From an uncultured Gemmatimonadales bacterium (GTDB lineage Bacteria; Gemmatimonadota; Gemmatimonadetes; Gemmatimonadales; GWC2-71-9), in NCBI GenBank assembly GCA_963842945.1, contig CAWJIM010000024.1, positions 256,001 to 320,000 on the forward strand: 64,000 bases of DNA. The letters run 5' to 3'. A model generated the notes under the pieces. It saw nothing but the letters and a program-made list of their open reading frames with translations. It made no database searches and was not told where the DNA came from. This document shows, in pieces, positions 1-13,696 of this stretch (the first letter of the stretch is position 1; each line of letters opens with the position of its first letter). Position numbers and translations under genes: made by a program.

Positions 1-92
1 TCCGCAGCCTTTCCGAGGGCGACCGGGTTGAGTTCGACATCGTGCAGGGTGCGAAGGGCCCCGCCGCCGAGAACGTAACCAAGGTGAAATAG
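1..92 (+). CDS. Cold-shock protein (CspA family), 3' end only
   Basis: Frame from nt 3 reads RSLSEGDRVEFDIVQGAKGPAAENVTKVK*, a typical CSD C-terminus; truncated by the window edge. Confidence 0.9.
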   Translation, partial: RSLSEGDRVEFDIVQGAKGPAAENVTKVK

Positions 93-124
93 GGCCAGCC
101 GCTTTGGCTGGCCATCGTTGTGAC

Positions 125-155
125 AAGAAGGCCGCTCATCTGAGCGGCCTTCTTT
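125..155. terminator. Bidirectional intrinsic terminator between csp and infA
   Basis: AAGAAGGCCGCTCA-TC-TGAGCGGCCTTCTT inverted repeat with T/A-rich flanks between convergent genes. Confidence 0.85.
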
Positions 156-209
156 GTTTGGCTCGGGAAGATGCTTCGCATACGCTCAGGATGACCAGCG
201 AGACGCTGG

Positions 210-428
210 TCATTTGTGCCGATAAATCACCCTTCCACGCGTCAGATCATAGGGTGACAGCACCACGCTGACCCGATCGCCCTCCAACACCCGAATCTTG
301 AACTTGCTCATCTTTCCCGCGGCGTAGGCCAGAATTTCGTGGCCGTTTTCCAGCATGACCCGGTAGTTTCGGTCGGGTAACACCTCGGTGACCACACCCT
401 CCATCTCGATTCCTTCTTCTTTAGCCAT
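210..428 (-). CDS. infA: Translation initiation factor IF-1
   Basis: 72 aa [18 protein letters not shown]...GKM...[31 protein letters not shown] upstream. Confidence 0.98.
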   Translation of the reverse strand: MAKEEGIEMEGVVTEVLPDRNYRVMLENGHEILAYAAGKMSKFKIRVLEGDRVSVVLSPYDLTRGRVIYRHK

Positions 429-509
429 CCAGTATCTCCTAGAGGGGTACGCGGCTACCGGTCTATGACGGGTGGAGCCGAGGGAATTTTGCCTCTCGAC
501 GGCCGGGAA

Positions 510-2223
510 TCAACTCCGAGGGAGCTCGGCCCGCGCCCGCTCGATCTGGGTCTCGACCAGCTCCGACCAGCTGCGCGATTTCGCCGACGTCAAAGGTGAG
601 CCGGGCGCCCGCGGCACTGTAGATGTCCGGCAAGTTGCGGGTGGCGCCAAGCGCCAGCGCCTCGCGGTACCGGGCCACCGCCTTGGCGGGATTATCCAGA
701 CTGTTGCGCCAGACCTGGAGTGCTCCGATCTGGGCGATACCGTACTCGATGTAGTAGAACGGGTACATGAAGATGTGCAGCTGGCGATACCAGCGAGCTA
801 CCCGCGCCTCCTCCAGTCCAGACCAATCCACCCCGCGCTCGAAGCGCTGCCGTATCCGGAGCCACGCCTCATCTCTGGCCCGGGCGTCGCCGCCCTGACC
901 GCTGGTATAGATCCAGGTCTGGAAGGCATCCACCGAGGCGATGTGCACCAGACTCAGCAGCACGTCTTCCAGGTGCTCCAGCCACGCGCTTCGGGCCTCG
1001 ACGGCATCGAAGTACCCCACCGGTTGCGCCAGATGAGGTGAGGCCAGGAACTCCATTGACATTGACGCGAGCTCCGCGGCCTCGGAGCCAGGATGCCGCT
1101 GCCAGATGAGCGGCAGCGGATGAGAGGCAAAGGCATGAAAGGCGTGTCCCGCCTCGTGCAGCAGGGTCATCACGTCGTCCACCAGACCGACCGCATTCAT
1201 GAAGATGAAGGGCCGGCCGTTGAAGTGGAGCGTTTCGCAGTAGCCACCCGGCGCCTTGCCCTTGCGACTCTCGAGGTCGAGTAGTCCCTCGTCGATCATG
1301 GTCTGAAACTCACGGCCCAGCGAGGGATGCACCCGATCGAAGACCTGCTTGGCCTTGCCCACCAAATCTGAAGCGTCGGAGAACGGGCGCAGCGGATTGC
1401 GGCGATAGGGGTCAACCGCCAGGTCCCATGGCCGGAGGACGTCCAGCCGCAGGCGCTGCCGCCGATGCTCCAAGACCCGTTGCACCGCGGGGGCCGCGGT
1501 TTGCTCGATGGCCGCGTGGAACCTCTCGCAGTCGGCCGGGGTGTAATCGAAGCGGAACTTGGCGGGAAAGATGTAGTCTCGAAAATTTTCGAAACCGGCA
1601 TTGTGGGCGGCACGGGTTCTGAGCTGATACATCTGGTCGAACAGAGCGGCCAGTTGGCTGCGGCTTTCGATGTAGGGTGCACTCGCCGCCCGGAAGGCTC
1701 GCTCCCGAACCGCCCGGTCCGGACTCTTCAGAAATGGCTGAAGCTGGGGGAGCGGCCGCTCCACACCCTCCCACTCGGCGGTCATCGATCCGGTGATCCG
1801 CTGATAGCGGGCGCTGTGCTCCTCCAGCTCGGCGAAGATGGGAACGTTCTCTTCCCGGAAGATTTCGATCTGAGTTCGGAAACGGGCCAGTGTGGTGGTG
1901 AGATCGGGCGTGCTGAAGCCGGTGGCCAAAAGCTTCCGGGCCAGCTCGACGCTCCGTTCCTCCATTCGGGGCAGGATTTCGGTGGAGAACCGGAGGTGAT
2001 CGGCCTCCTTGTCTCGATCGCTGGTGTCGATGGTGTACGCGATCATGGCCCGTGCCGCGGCCTCGGTGACCAATTCCTCCAGCCGGGACCATTCATGGAG
2101 CCACGGGGTGAGGTTGTCGGAGCCGAGCTGACGCGCCGCCAGGTCATCGAAAAATGGTGCTATGTCCTCCCACCTAGCGCGGGCAAGAGCAGAGGGCGAT
2201 GGCGGCAAATAAGACACTGTCAC
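510..2223 (-). CDS. M3 family oligoendopeptidase (PepF-like); frameshift near C-terminus
   Basis: HEAGH zinc motif, GKAPGGYC, AELASMSME, HIF.YPFYYIEY; GTG start at 2223 after AGGAG; corrected frame ends ELVETQIERARAELPRS* at 510. Confidence 0.9.
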
Positions 2224-2282
2224 GATGGCTCCTGTAACCGGATGAACGGGCAACCCCAGATATAACGACGATTCGGCGAGAG

Positions 2283-3680
2283 TCACAACCCATTTGGCCG
2301 GAGGCGGTGAAATGTCGTGCGCTGCTGGTATTGCATGCCAATCTCGAATAGCGCGCCTTCCCCCAGCGCGCGCCCGGTAAGCTGCAGACTGGTCGGCAAT
2401 CCGGCCTCTCCCAGGCCGTTCATCATGAAGAGCCCGGGAACCCCGCAGAGATTGGCAGCTCCGCTGATGTCGGTCCCGCCGGGAAACGCTGGGTAGGCTT
2501 TGTCGAACGGCCGGTCGATCGGCCAGGCCACTGTGGGTAGCGATGGAGCAGCGACGGCATCTACCTGGCTCAGCAAACCATCGAGGGCCTTTGCCGCAAT
2601 GCGCCGAACCCGAAGTGCTCGGAGGTAATCTTTTGCCAGGATGACCTGGCCGGCATACCCGCCGAGACGATCCTGGGGAGCGGTGAGCGTGGTGATGCTG
2701 CCGCTCTCAAACAGCGGCTCGAAGGCGCTGGCCCCCTCGGCGTCGATAATGATGCTGGCTGCCGCATCGAAGGGAAGATCCGGTAGCTCCAGATCCTCCA
2801 CCAGGTCGCTGAATTCTCGCAACACCGAGACCGAGTTTTCGAAGTTCCGCAGAACTTCCGGTTGAATCTTCTCCCGAGTCCCTTTCAAAATACCGATCCG
2901 GAACCGGCGGGACGCCGTGGCTGATGGAGCCACGAACTTCTCAGGCAGGGCGGAGGGATCTTCGGGATCGGGACCAGCCACCGCTGCGAGAACAATCCCA
3001 CAATCGCGGGCGGTGCGCCCCAGCGGACCCAGTTTATCCATGGTCCAGCTCAGTGCCATTGCTCCGTGGCGGCTCACCCGGCCGTACGTGGGGCGAAGTC
3101 CGCTGACCCCGCAGAACGCCGAGGGAAACTGAATCGACCCCCAGGTTTCGGATCCGATGGCAAATGGGACCATCCCAGCACCGACGGCGGAGCCAGGACC
3201 GCTGGATGATCCGCCGGACCAACGGCTCGGGTCCCAGGGACTTTTGCCGGGACCGGTGAAGCTGGCGAAGGCCTGACTATATCCCATGCCCCCGGCAAGC
3301 TCGACCATGCCGAGCTTGGCGCAGAGGACCGCTCCGGCTTCGCGCAGCCGGGTAACTACCGTCGCGTCACCCTGGAGCATCTGGTGTCGGTACGGCTCTG
3401 CTCCCCACGTGGTGGGGGCGCCCTTAGTGGCCAGGAGATCCTTGGCTCCATAAGGAATACCGTGGAGCGGTCCGCGGTCGGTGCCTCCGGCGAGCTCCCG
3501 GTCTCGCTCCGCGGCCTCCTCCAGGGCTGAAGGGCGAAGCACCGTCACCACCGCATTGAAGCGGGGACCCAGCCGCTCCAGTCGCTCGAGGAAATGCCTG
3601 GTGAGCTCCACCGCGGTGATTTGCCGCTTGCGCAGCAGCGTCCCCAGCTCCTCGACCGTAGAGAACGAGAAATCAGTCAT
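2283..3680 (-). CDS. Amidase signature family protein (GatA-like)
   Basis: GPLHGIPYGAKD, SGGSSSG, GSETWGSI..PSAFCGVSGLRPTYGRVS; likely start MTDFSFS at 3680. Confidence 0.9.
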   Translation of the reverse strand: MTDFSFSTVEELGTLLRKRQITAVELTRHFLERLERLGPRFNAVVTVLRPSALEEAAERDRELAGGTDRGPLHGIPYGAKDLLATKGAPTTWGAEPYRHQMLQGDATVVTRLREAGAVLCAKLGMVELAGGMGYSQAFASFTGPGKSPWDPSRWSGGSSSGPGSAVGAGMVPFAIGSETWGSIQFPSAFCGVSGLRPTYGRVSRHGAMALSWTMDKLGPLGRTARDCGIVLAAVAGPDPEDPSALPEKFVAPSATASRRFRIGILKGTREKIQPEVLRNFENSVSVLREFSDLVEDLELPDLPFDAAASIIIDAEGASAFEPLFESGSITTLTAPQDRLGGYAGQVILAKDYLRALRVRRIAAKALDGLLSQVDAVAAPSLPTVAWPIDRPFDKAYPAFPGGTDISGAANLCGVPGLFMMNGLGEAGLPTSLQLTGRALGEGALFEIGMQYQQRTTFHRLRPNGL

Positions 3681-4010
3681 CGGATGCGGGGCCGCGGTAG
3701 GAGCCGAGAAGACGAAATCGGGCTCGTCGCCATTGGCGAGCGGGACCTTTTTGAGACGCTCGACCCGCTCCAGGCCGCTCTGGATCTGATTGGTGATGGT
3801 GCTCAGGGCCTTGGGCGAGAGTCGTGAGCCGTACTGGGCTCGAATCGCTCCGGCAAGAGCCTTGGCGAGCGCTCCGGCAGGTGCGTTCGCAGGATCGTCC
3901 GGCGGACTCCAATCGAGCCGCGGAATGGATCCGGGAGTCACGCCCAGCACAGGAGCGAGTGCGGCAATGGCCAGGGACTCGGCGAAGGCGCGGCGGGTAA
4001 GATCGTTCAC
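3677..4010 (-). CDS. Small Tat-signal protein upstream of (here in frame with) the amidase
   Basis: GTG at 4010 overlaps the upstream TGA; MNDLTRRAFAESLAIAALA twin-arginine-like N-terminus; ends LANGDEPDFVF. Confidence 0.6.
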
Positions 4011-5928
4011 CCTGGAGTCTCCTTCGGCTGGGGGGCGGTGCTGCGTCCCTGCCGATGGTAGAGATAGGCCAGAAGAAGAAAGACGAGCCCCAGGATGAAC
4101 ACCGATCCCACCCGGTAGAGCGCATCGAGAGACGACAGATCGAACACTAGAACCTTGATGACCGCCAGCCCGGCCACGCCGAGCCCTGCAACGCGGGCCG
4201 GCTTGAGACCACGGCGAAAGCCCAGGCCCACTAACGCCGCGGCAAAGACCAGCCACCAGGCACTCACCGCAAGACTCGAGGCCAGCGAAGCGGTGTATGC
4301 GGAAACCGTTTTGAGCTCGAAGTATCGCCGGATCTCCGCGGTGACTCCGAACAGGATCAGGCCGCCGCCCAGGGCCCAGAGTCCGCCTTGCGGAACCGGC
4401 GACGCGCCGGCCAGTCCAGCTCGGCGCCACAGGCCGGCTGCAAGCAGCATGGAGACAAGAGCGGTGGCCCATAGTGCCATGGCCCAGGGTCCGAAGAACG
4501 CGGCATCACCGGCCGTCCTTCGAAGCAGGGCCTCGCCGAAGAGCTGATGGAGCGCCGCCCAGAATGTGGCCAGTGAATACCAGCGACCGTCTGTCCGCTG
4601 GGTGGGATGGTCCACCGCGGCCCAGAGGAGAACCAGCGCCAGCAGCGCCCACACTCGGGGGACACCGGCCCAGTGATTCCAGGCGGCAATTCCAAGGGCG
4701 GCCGCTCCCACCAGAGCGAAGGCGGGCCGAACACGTTGGTACCCAGCAACGAGGTAGGGCAGCCCAACCAGGAGCGCTGCCGCTCCCCGATGAGTGTCAA
4801 ACCAGTGCCGATCGAGCTGGTGGATGCTCCAGCCCAGGAGAAGCGGGGTCAGGAGGAAATACAGCGTTTCCCCCAACGACCAGCTGGGAGCTCTTTGCGC
4901 CGGGCCCGAGCGGAAAAGCCAGCATCCGCTCGTTGCGCAGGGCGAACCACCAGACCGGCAGGGCGAGCACCAGCCCGGCGGCAAAGATGGCCCAGGGGTG
5001 ATCCAGATGCCTGCTCGCCGCCGCCACGAAGGTCCAGCCGCCGGAGAAAGAGAGAAAGCGGGTTTCCCACCAGTGCTCCCGCAATCCGACGTGAATCCCG
5101 GCACTGCCTCCCAGCACGCCGTAGAGCAGGACTCCCCAGGGCGTGCCGCGGTCCGCCGCTCCGGCGTACGCCACGCCGAAGAAGCTCAGCGCCACCACGA
5201 ACATGGTAAGACGCCAGCTCCGCCGTGCAGCCACCAAGCCCAGTCCCGCGGCCATACAGGCGAGGTACAGGAGCAGCAGATCGGCATCGGCGTTGTTCCG
5301 CCCCAGCAGGAGCGGAGCGAAGAAGGCGCCGACCGCGGCCGTGGCGCCCAGCGCCTCGACGTCGATGGCGTAGGCGATCATGGCCAGGGATACCGACACC
5401 AGGGCCAGGCTAAGCACACCCGTGGTGGGCGGCACCACGCCGTACAACCGGGCGGCGGCCCATACGCTCAGGTAGATGATGGCCGCGCCACAGCCGATCA
5501 GGGCGGCGCCATAGGTGCGGTATCGTGGATGAAGGCGCCAACCGAGGGCCCCGACGATCAACCCTGCGGCGGCTCCGCCGATGCAGCGCATGACCGGCGA
5601 GATCCACCCCCGGTCGAACGAGAGCCGCAGCAGGTATCCCGCTGCGAGAATCAGCGCCACCACTCCTACGGCGAGGAGGACGCGTTGGCCGATCCACTGC
5701 TCGGATGAAAGCGCGAAGCGGGGCAGCGGGGACGCGGGGACGCAGGCGCGGTTGAGCGGGGAGGCTGGGAGGTTGGGACGGTGCTGCTTCCGAAGCTGGG
5801 ATCGCTGCCGCGCTGAGAATTCGTGCCCTGCTTCCCCGCTGCCCCGCTTCCCCGCCTAGCACCCTCACCTGCTCCTCGAGCTGCGCCAACCGACGCTCCA
5901 GCTGCTCCAACCGCTCCGCGTCGCTCAT
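4007..5928 (-). CDS. DUF2339-like multi-pass membrane protein (frameshifted, three ORF pieces)
   Basis: N-terminal coiled coil, low-complexity linker, many TM segments, C-terminal KVLVFDLSSLDALYRVGS..LG..LL..YLY. Confidence 0.8.
5716..5857. repeat. Inverted pair of 8-bp tandem arrays inside the DUF2339 linker
   Basis: AAGCGGGG CAGCGGGG ACGCGGGG ACGCAGGC (5716-5747) and CCCTGCTT CCCCGCTG CCCCGCTT CCCCGCCT (5826-5857). Confidence 0.7.
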
Positions 5929-7135
5929 CAGGCTTCGACTCCTTCCGCCGCCGACTTGGTGACTCGGGGGTATAGGTCTACTTGAAATGCCATGAGTCCC
6001 ACCAGAGCGACATAGCCGGCCGCCAGGTAGAAGGGCCAGCCGTGGCCGAGTCGCTGGAACGCAATGGTGGCGAGTATCGGGGCCAGCACCCGGGCCAGCC
6101 CGGCAAAGGTCTGGGCCACTCCCATGGTGGTGCCGAGCTCACGCCGGTCTGACGCCCGCGACATCAGAGACGTGGTGGCCGGAAACAGCAAGCGCCGTAC
6201 CAATCGGCACCAGAGGGATCACGATGGCCAGGGTCCAGAGGCTTCGGGGCAGCGGATACAGCGCGAGGCCGAGCACCAGGAGCATGGTGCCGATCCGCAT
6301 GGCCCAGGTCTCCCCGATCCGGTCTACGATGGGCCCGAGCAGCAGGCTCCGCATGACGAACGAAAGCACGCCGACGTAGAGAAAGATGTATCCGATGGTC
6401 TTCTCGTCGATCCCGAATTCGGCTCCGAGATACAATGCCATCACCGAGGTCATGGAGGCAAAGGCCAGCATCCCAACCCCGTAAATCCACAGCAGCCGTC
6501 CGATGGCGGTGGTCGGGTGACGCAGTGCCACCCAGGCCGGATGCCATGGGGGCCGCCGAGGCTGGGCGCTCTTCTGGGCCGGCTCCTTATGCGACTCGGG
6601 TAACCAGCTCCAGGCGAAAAAGACGTTGATGAGGCAGAGAGACGCCGCCACCAGCCCCGGTGCGGCCTGACCCAGGTGGGCGGCGAACGAGCCGATGGCG
6701 GGACCCACCATCACGCCGGCAGATGTTGCCGCCGAGAGCCAGCCCAGTGCGCGAGCCCGGTCGGCCGGTTCGACCGTATCCGCGACATAGGCCTGGGCTA
6801 CTCCGGTGGTTCCACCTCCCGCGCCCTGGACCAAGCGGGAGAGGAAGAGGAGCCAGACGCGTGCTGGCGAATCCGAATACCACATAGGCGATGGCGGAGG
6901 CGCTCAAACCGATCAGCAGGGCGGGCCGTCGGCCGTACCGGTCGGACATCCGGCCCCAGAGCGGCGCGGCCAGCAGCTGGGCAATGGAGAACGAGGCGAT
7001 CAGGCGGCCGATCGTCTCCGGCGTCGCGTGCAGCTTCAGGGCGTAGAACGGGAGCAACGGGAGCACGATCATGAATCCGATCATGTCCACGAAGTTGACC
7101 GCGATCAGCACGGCCAGCCGCCGGAATTGATTCAT
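5928..7135 (-). CDS. MFS transporter, TetA/DHA1-like (frameshifted)
   Basis: D..GF.IVLPLLPFY, motif A GRMSDRYGRRP, RLVQGAGGG, AYVAD...DRARALG; split over three ORFs. Confidence 0.88.
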
Positions 7136-8789
7136 CCGGTGCTTCCCTGCTCCGCGCCCCACCGCAAAGACCAACGCGCTCACGGCCATCAGACACCACT
7201 CCATAAGCTGCCGCCACTCCGACATCGGACTGTCGCAGGCTGGACAGAATCTCCAGCGAGATTGGCCTGGTGTCGTAGGTGTACAGCATGATCGAGGTCA
7301 CGAAATCGCCGAAAGCGGTGACAAAGGCCAGGCTCGCACCCGCCACCAGAGCCGGCCGGAGCAGCGGTAAGGTCACTCTCCGCAGGGTACGCCACCAGCC
7401 GGCGCCCAGAGTGGCCGCCGCCTCATCCAGCGAGGGATCGAGCCCGCGAAGGCCGGCCAGCACCGCCCGGCCGGTAAGGGGCAGATTCCGGACGAGATAC
7501 GCAAGCGGAAGGATCCAGAGGGTGCCGACCAGAATGAACCGGCCGGCCAGCGGGGCATGAACGCTGAAGGCGGTGGCCAGCGCAATGGCGAACACGGTGC
7601 CGGGTACGGCCCATGGCAACGTCAGCAGACCCTGTATCGCGCCGCCGGTTCGGACTCGGCGCCGGACTGACAGAATCCCGGCGAACAGCGCGATGGCGAC
7701 GGCCATAGCCGTGGCGGCGGTGGCCATCCACAGGCTGTTCAGCAGCGGACGGGCCCGGACCGGATCCTGGACCAGAGTGAGATAGTTGCGCCAGGTGTAA
7801 GCTGGGGGAAGCGGCTCCGTCGTCCAGGTGCCGGCGGGCACGAACGAGACCAGCAGCAGCGTCAGGTGCGGCAGCAATAGCACCAGGGCCAGGCCCCATC
7901 CGAGCACCGCCACCAGCAACCGCGCCGCCCGGCTCCGAATCGGCACCAGCGCCGGCGCGACGCCTTTGCGGCCACCGCTCTGCTCGTTGGTGGCGCGCGC
8001 TCCCCGAAGCAGCCAGAGTGCCAGCAAGGCGAGCAGGGTGAGTGACGCGGTCTCGACCATCGCCAGCTGGTCGTCGCCGTTCAGCCGGGTGGCCACGATC
8101 TGGGTCGGCATGACCCGGAAGCCGCCGCCGAAGATGTAGGGCGCGCTGAATGACGCCAGCGCAGTCATGAAGGTGAGCAGCGCACCGCCGCCAAGCGAGG
8201 GTAGAGCAACGGCAGCACCACCCGGCGCAACGTGCGTCCCCGGCCGGCGCCGAGGCTGGCCGCCGCCTCGAACACCGAGGCATCGAGCGAAGACAGGCCT
8301 GCGCGGGTAAACAGATAGAAGTAGACGTACATCGAATAGGCGTGGACCAGGAGAATCGCGGCCGCGCCCTGCAGCCGCCAGGGCGGCTCATCCAGGCCGA
8401 ACAACCACTGGACCAGCAGCGACGGTGAAGCCGCTTTCGCCGTAGAGGAAGAGAAAGGCGATCACGCCGACCAGCGGCGGCAACACCGCCGGCAGTGCGA
8501 CCAGACCTCCCAGCGTCCTCCGGCCGGGAAAGTCGTAGCGCCAGAAGAGGAAGGCGAGCGGCACCCCGATGCCGGCGGCGAGAACGACGGTGGCCACCGA
8601 GATCCACAGGCTGCCCCACAGCGCCTGCGCCTCGTTGCGCCTGCGAAAGAACTGCCGCACGAACTCGAGGGTCCACCCATCAGGCCCGCGAAACCCTTCG
8701 ATCAGCACCAGCAGCAGCGGATACAACACCAGCCAGGCCAGGAACAGCAGCAGGACGCCCGCCGGCGACACTGGAGCGGCGTTCGCGCC

Positions 8790-8793
<4 letters not shown>
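7132..8793 (-). CDS. ABC transporter permease, FbpB-like double domain (frameshifted)
   Basis: Two EAA loops (FEAAASLGA, DEAAATLGA), LPPLVG, PWAVPGTV. Confidence 0.85.
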
Positions 8794-9869
<1,076 letters not shown>

Positions 9870-9873
<4 letters not shown>

Positions 9874-10920
9874 CGCTGGGCTCTTCCTGTACCGCGAACG
9901 TGCTGGTCCCAATAACTCATCCAGCCAGGCCCGTTGCGGGAGAGCAGACCCCAGTCCATGTCCGCCACCACCATTTCCCGCTCGACCTGCGCCACCCAGG
10001 CCGGTACCTGGTCGGGCGGCAGGTCCGTGCGGGCCGGCAGCCGGAACACTTCGCGCGCAGTGAGCAGCTGGGCAGCCTCACTTCCAACGTATTCGATGAA
10101 TGCGCGAGCTGCCTCGGGATGCCGAGACCCGCGAACCAACCCCACCGCATCGTCGATCACCACGGTACCACTGCTGGGAAAAACGTATCCCAGCGGAATC
10201 CCTTTGGCCTGACTGATCAGGATGTCCTGCAGGTCCCACAGACTGACCAGCCCCTCCTGCCGGGCGAGCTTCTCGTACAACAACGCCGGACTGATGGTGT
10301 ATGTCTTGGTCTGTGCGTCGAGACGGCGAAGCCAGCTCCATGCCCCATCCGGTGTCACCGGTTTGACGAAGACTTCGCACCAGGATGAGACCCCAGATGG
10401 CGCGCATGGTACCACTCGCCATAGGATCGCGGATGATGACCTTGTCACGCCAGCGCGGCAGCAGCACATCGTCCCAATCCTTGGGCGCTGCTTCCCGGGA
10501 CACCGCTCGGCTGTTGAACGCAATCACTGCAGGCGTCCGGTATACCGGGTAGTAGAAACCGCTCACCGTACTCCCGCTCATGTGTCCGGCCCAGGAGGGA
10601 CGATATGGAGTGAGCAGGGAGTCGTGAATGCCCCGATCGAAGATGGTGGCTCGGTCCACCGAACCAGACATCGGCCTGAGGATTTACCCGCTCGAACCGC
10701 AGTCGGTCCAGAATCTCCTGCGATCCCATATCCAGCCAACGCACATCAATATCGGGCCGGCGCCGCTCGAAGTCGCGCTCCAGCAGCTCGAGCTGATCCC
10801 GCCCGTGGGGCGAGTAGAGCACGACTGGTGTTCGGTGATCGGAGGTGCAGGAGACAGCGGAGAAGACGGAGAGGATGGACCAGGCAAAGAGTATGGGACG
10901 GGCGGATTCGCACGGGTCAT
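9870..10920 (-). CDS. ABC transporter extracellular solute-binding lipoprotein (iron/polyamine/phosphonate class; frameshifted)
   Basis: Lipobox-like [46 protein letters not shown]. Confidence 0.85.
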
Positions 10921-13642
10921 TGCCGCAGGGCCAGGAGATTGGCAAACAGACGGAATGCCCCCGGCACTCCGGCCGGCAACTGTCGGAAGAAACTCAGGCC
11001 GGTGTACACATAGGTGCCCTTGCCCAGAGTCGCGATCAGCAGGCCACCCGAGAGCGGCGCCTCACCCGGGTCATGGGTCTCCAGCACCGGGCGGTAATGC
11101 CGATCCCAGCTGCGCGCGAAATAGAGTCCCCGCTCCTGGATCCACCCTTTCCAGTCGGCGGAGGCGAGACGGTTCGGTTTCCGGAACAGCGGATGATCCG
11201 GGACCAGGAGGTGAACCGGAGCGTGTTCATCCACCACGCGGTCGTGGCTTACCGGCAGCGCGGAACGGCTGGCTGCCGATGTCCTGTCGCCCGTGCCCGG
11301 CGGCGGAAGCGGCGGGCCGCCCACCTTCATCGGAAATGGCGCGAAGCCGCCGTTGAAGAACCGCTGCTGCTGATATTGGACGATGACCAGACCGCCGCGG
11401 CGGGCATAGTTCAGCAGCCGCCGGTTGTTCTCCACCAGCGCTGGATCTGTTTCGTAGGCCCGGGGACCAATCACGATGGCATCGAACCGGTCGAGATTTC
11501 CTCGCTCCAGAGTCTGTGGATTGAGCAGCGTGATCGGGAGCCCGACGTCAGTCAGAGCTTCCGGGCACCCGGTCTGCCGCTCCGCGGACGTAGCCAACCC
11601 GGGTCAGCCTGGGCAGCACCAGGGAAGCGAGCTGCAGCGTGGCGGAAGCATGCCGGGTGTACGCCCGGGGACGAATGTGGGGGTAATCCACGGTGTAGAG
11701 GCCAACATCGTAGGCCGTGCCGTTTGCGTCGCGGGCCACGGCCTTGATCTCCACTCTCCCCGACTTGATCTTGGACGGCGGTTTCACCTCGAAGTCGAAG
11801 GTCTCGCGCTCATCCTCAGCAGTAAAATTGAAGCGCTGCGGGGAAACGGCCGGCCAGCCCGGCGGCACCTGCAGACTGACGGTGCCACTCGTCGAGTCCC
11901 GTGCTCCGTGGGTCAAGGTGACGGTGAATCGATGGGGGGCCAGTGAGCTCAGCGGCCACAGCTCGGTGGACGGCTCCAGCTTGACGTCCACCCGGGGCAC
12001 AACGAACAGCGGCCGGCGCACCTCTCCCCTCGCCTGATCGTTGAATTGGAAGACCGCCTCCTGCGTGCGCGCGGCGCCCAAGCTGTCTCCCTCGCCCGCG
12101 TTGGCCTCGACCGTCCCCAGAAAGGTCGGTGACTCGAAGGGCTCTCCGTATGGCAGACTCCCGGCCACCCCTCCGGTCTGACTCTCGGGCCACCGGTATA
12201 TGTCCCCGGCGCGCGGCAGCATCAGGAAGTACGGCGTGGACAGGGGCTGTTCCAGCACTGGATAGTCGAGCGAGATGGTGCCCAGTTGTCCGGGAGGAGA
12301 TCGTCTGTGACGCGGTCGGCCGGTCAGGGCTGCGGCATTCTCCGAGCGGGATGCACTGCGCGGCCCGCATGTCGGCAATCCGCGGTCTATCCGAAGTATT
12401 CCAGGTGGAGAGCGTCCAGTGGAGCTGCTCATCGGGAACGACGCGGTCGTCGTCCACCAGCACGTCGAACACGGTTCCTCCCAGGTCCCAGGCCGCGGCG
12501 TTGAGATGCCCCAGCTGATCTTCCAGTTCGATTCCGCGGGTGTAATACACACCCCGTGCACCGGGAGAAGCCTGCGGCGGCACCGCCACGGCGCGGTCGA
12601 GATCACTCGCCGCTCGAGCCAGCAGCCCACGCTGGAGGCCGGGATTTCCCCGGGCGACGAGGAGGGAGTCGATTCGAGCCGAGTAACGCAGCAGCTCCGG
12701 CATGGCCGGAGAGGAGCGGACCAGGTCGGCTGAGCCGGATTTCCGCCGCTCGCCGAGCGGCATGGCCGACAGACTGGTATCGATGCCGCCAAAGAGCGCC
12801 ACGCCGGCCGAACCGGTGCGGTCCTCAACCAGAGAGAGTCTGACAGAGGATGGTCCCATGCGCTGCAGCTGTCCCATATCCTGGGAGCGGTGCAGGCTGC
12901 GCCCTGCCATGGCGATCTGGTGATAGGATTTCCCGACGGCTCGGTCGAACGTTCCGCCATTGAGGGTGAGGGTCGTGGCGCTGGAATCGAACCGGGCGCT
13001 GCGATACAGCTTGAGAACCGTCCAGGGCACCAGGCCCTCTTCGGCGAAGAGCTCGGGGAATCGGCTGGAGTCCCCGGCAATTCGAAACGCCTCGTGGGCA
13101 GACCAACCCGCGGCCTGATGTTGGCCATGTCCGTCGCGCGGGGTGCCGCTGAAGATCGAGACGATGATCTGAGGCCGAAACCGGCGAACGATTCTGACTA
13201 CATCCTTGAGAATCGTGTCCCGGGGCCAGTGCTGCCAGGTTTCGTCCATCGTCTTGGAAAAACCGAAATCATAGGCCCGGGTGAAGTACTGGCGGGCGCC
13301 ATCCAAACGCCGCGCGGCCAGCAGCTCCTCGGTCCGCAGCAGGCCCAGGGCCTCTCCCAGCTCTGGGCCGATGAGATTCTGGCCGCCCTCGCCCCGGTTG
13401 AGCGACAGATAGGCAGCCTCCGCTCCCATTCCTCGGACCAGGACCGTGAGTAGCTCGGTGTCCTCGTCGTCCGGATGAGCGCCGATCATCAATACCCGCT
13501 TGTAGTGCCCCAACATGCGGAGCTCCTGATCGAGCGCCACAACCCCGCCGTTGGAGGGCGGCTCGAGCTGCGCCGCTAATGGCAGCGTGAAAGCGAGCGA
13601 GATGGAAAGGATGGAAGCGACGGAGCGAAATTGCCGACGCAC
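10917..13642 (-). CDS. Secreted PIG-L/LmbE family deacetylase with NEW3-like and C-terminal GATase-like domains (frameshifted)
   Basis: Signal peptide; AHPDDED, RGEGGQN, RTEELLAARRLDG, HGQH; later VPPGW, GIQERG-like GWIQERGLYF, FRQLPAGVPGA.RL..NL. Confidence 0.88.
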
Positions 13643-13696
13643 AGACCCGGCCGGAGTGGAGTGAGGCTGGAAGGTAATTGCGTCGGGAACGCTATG

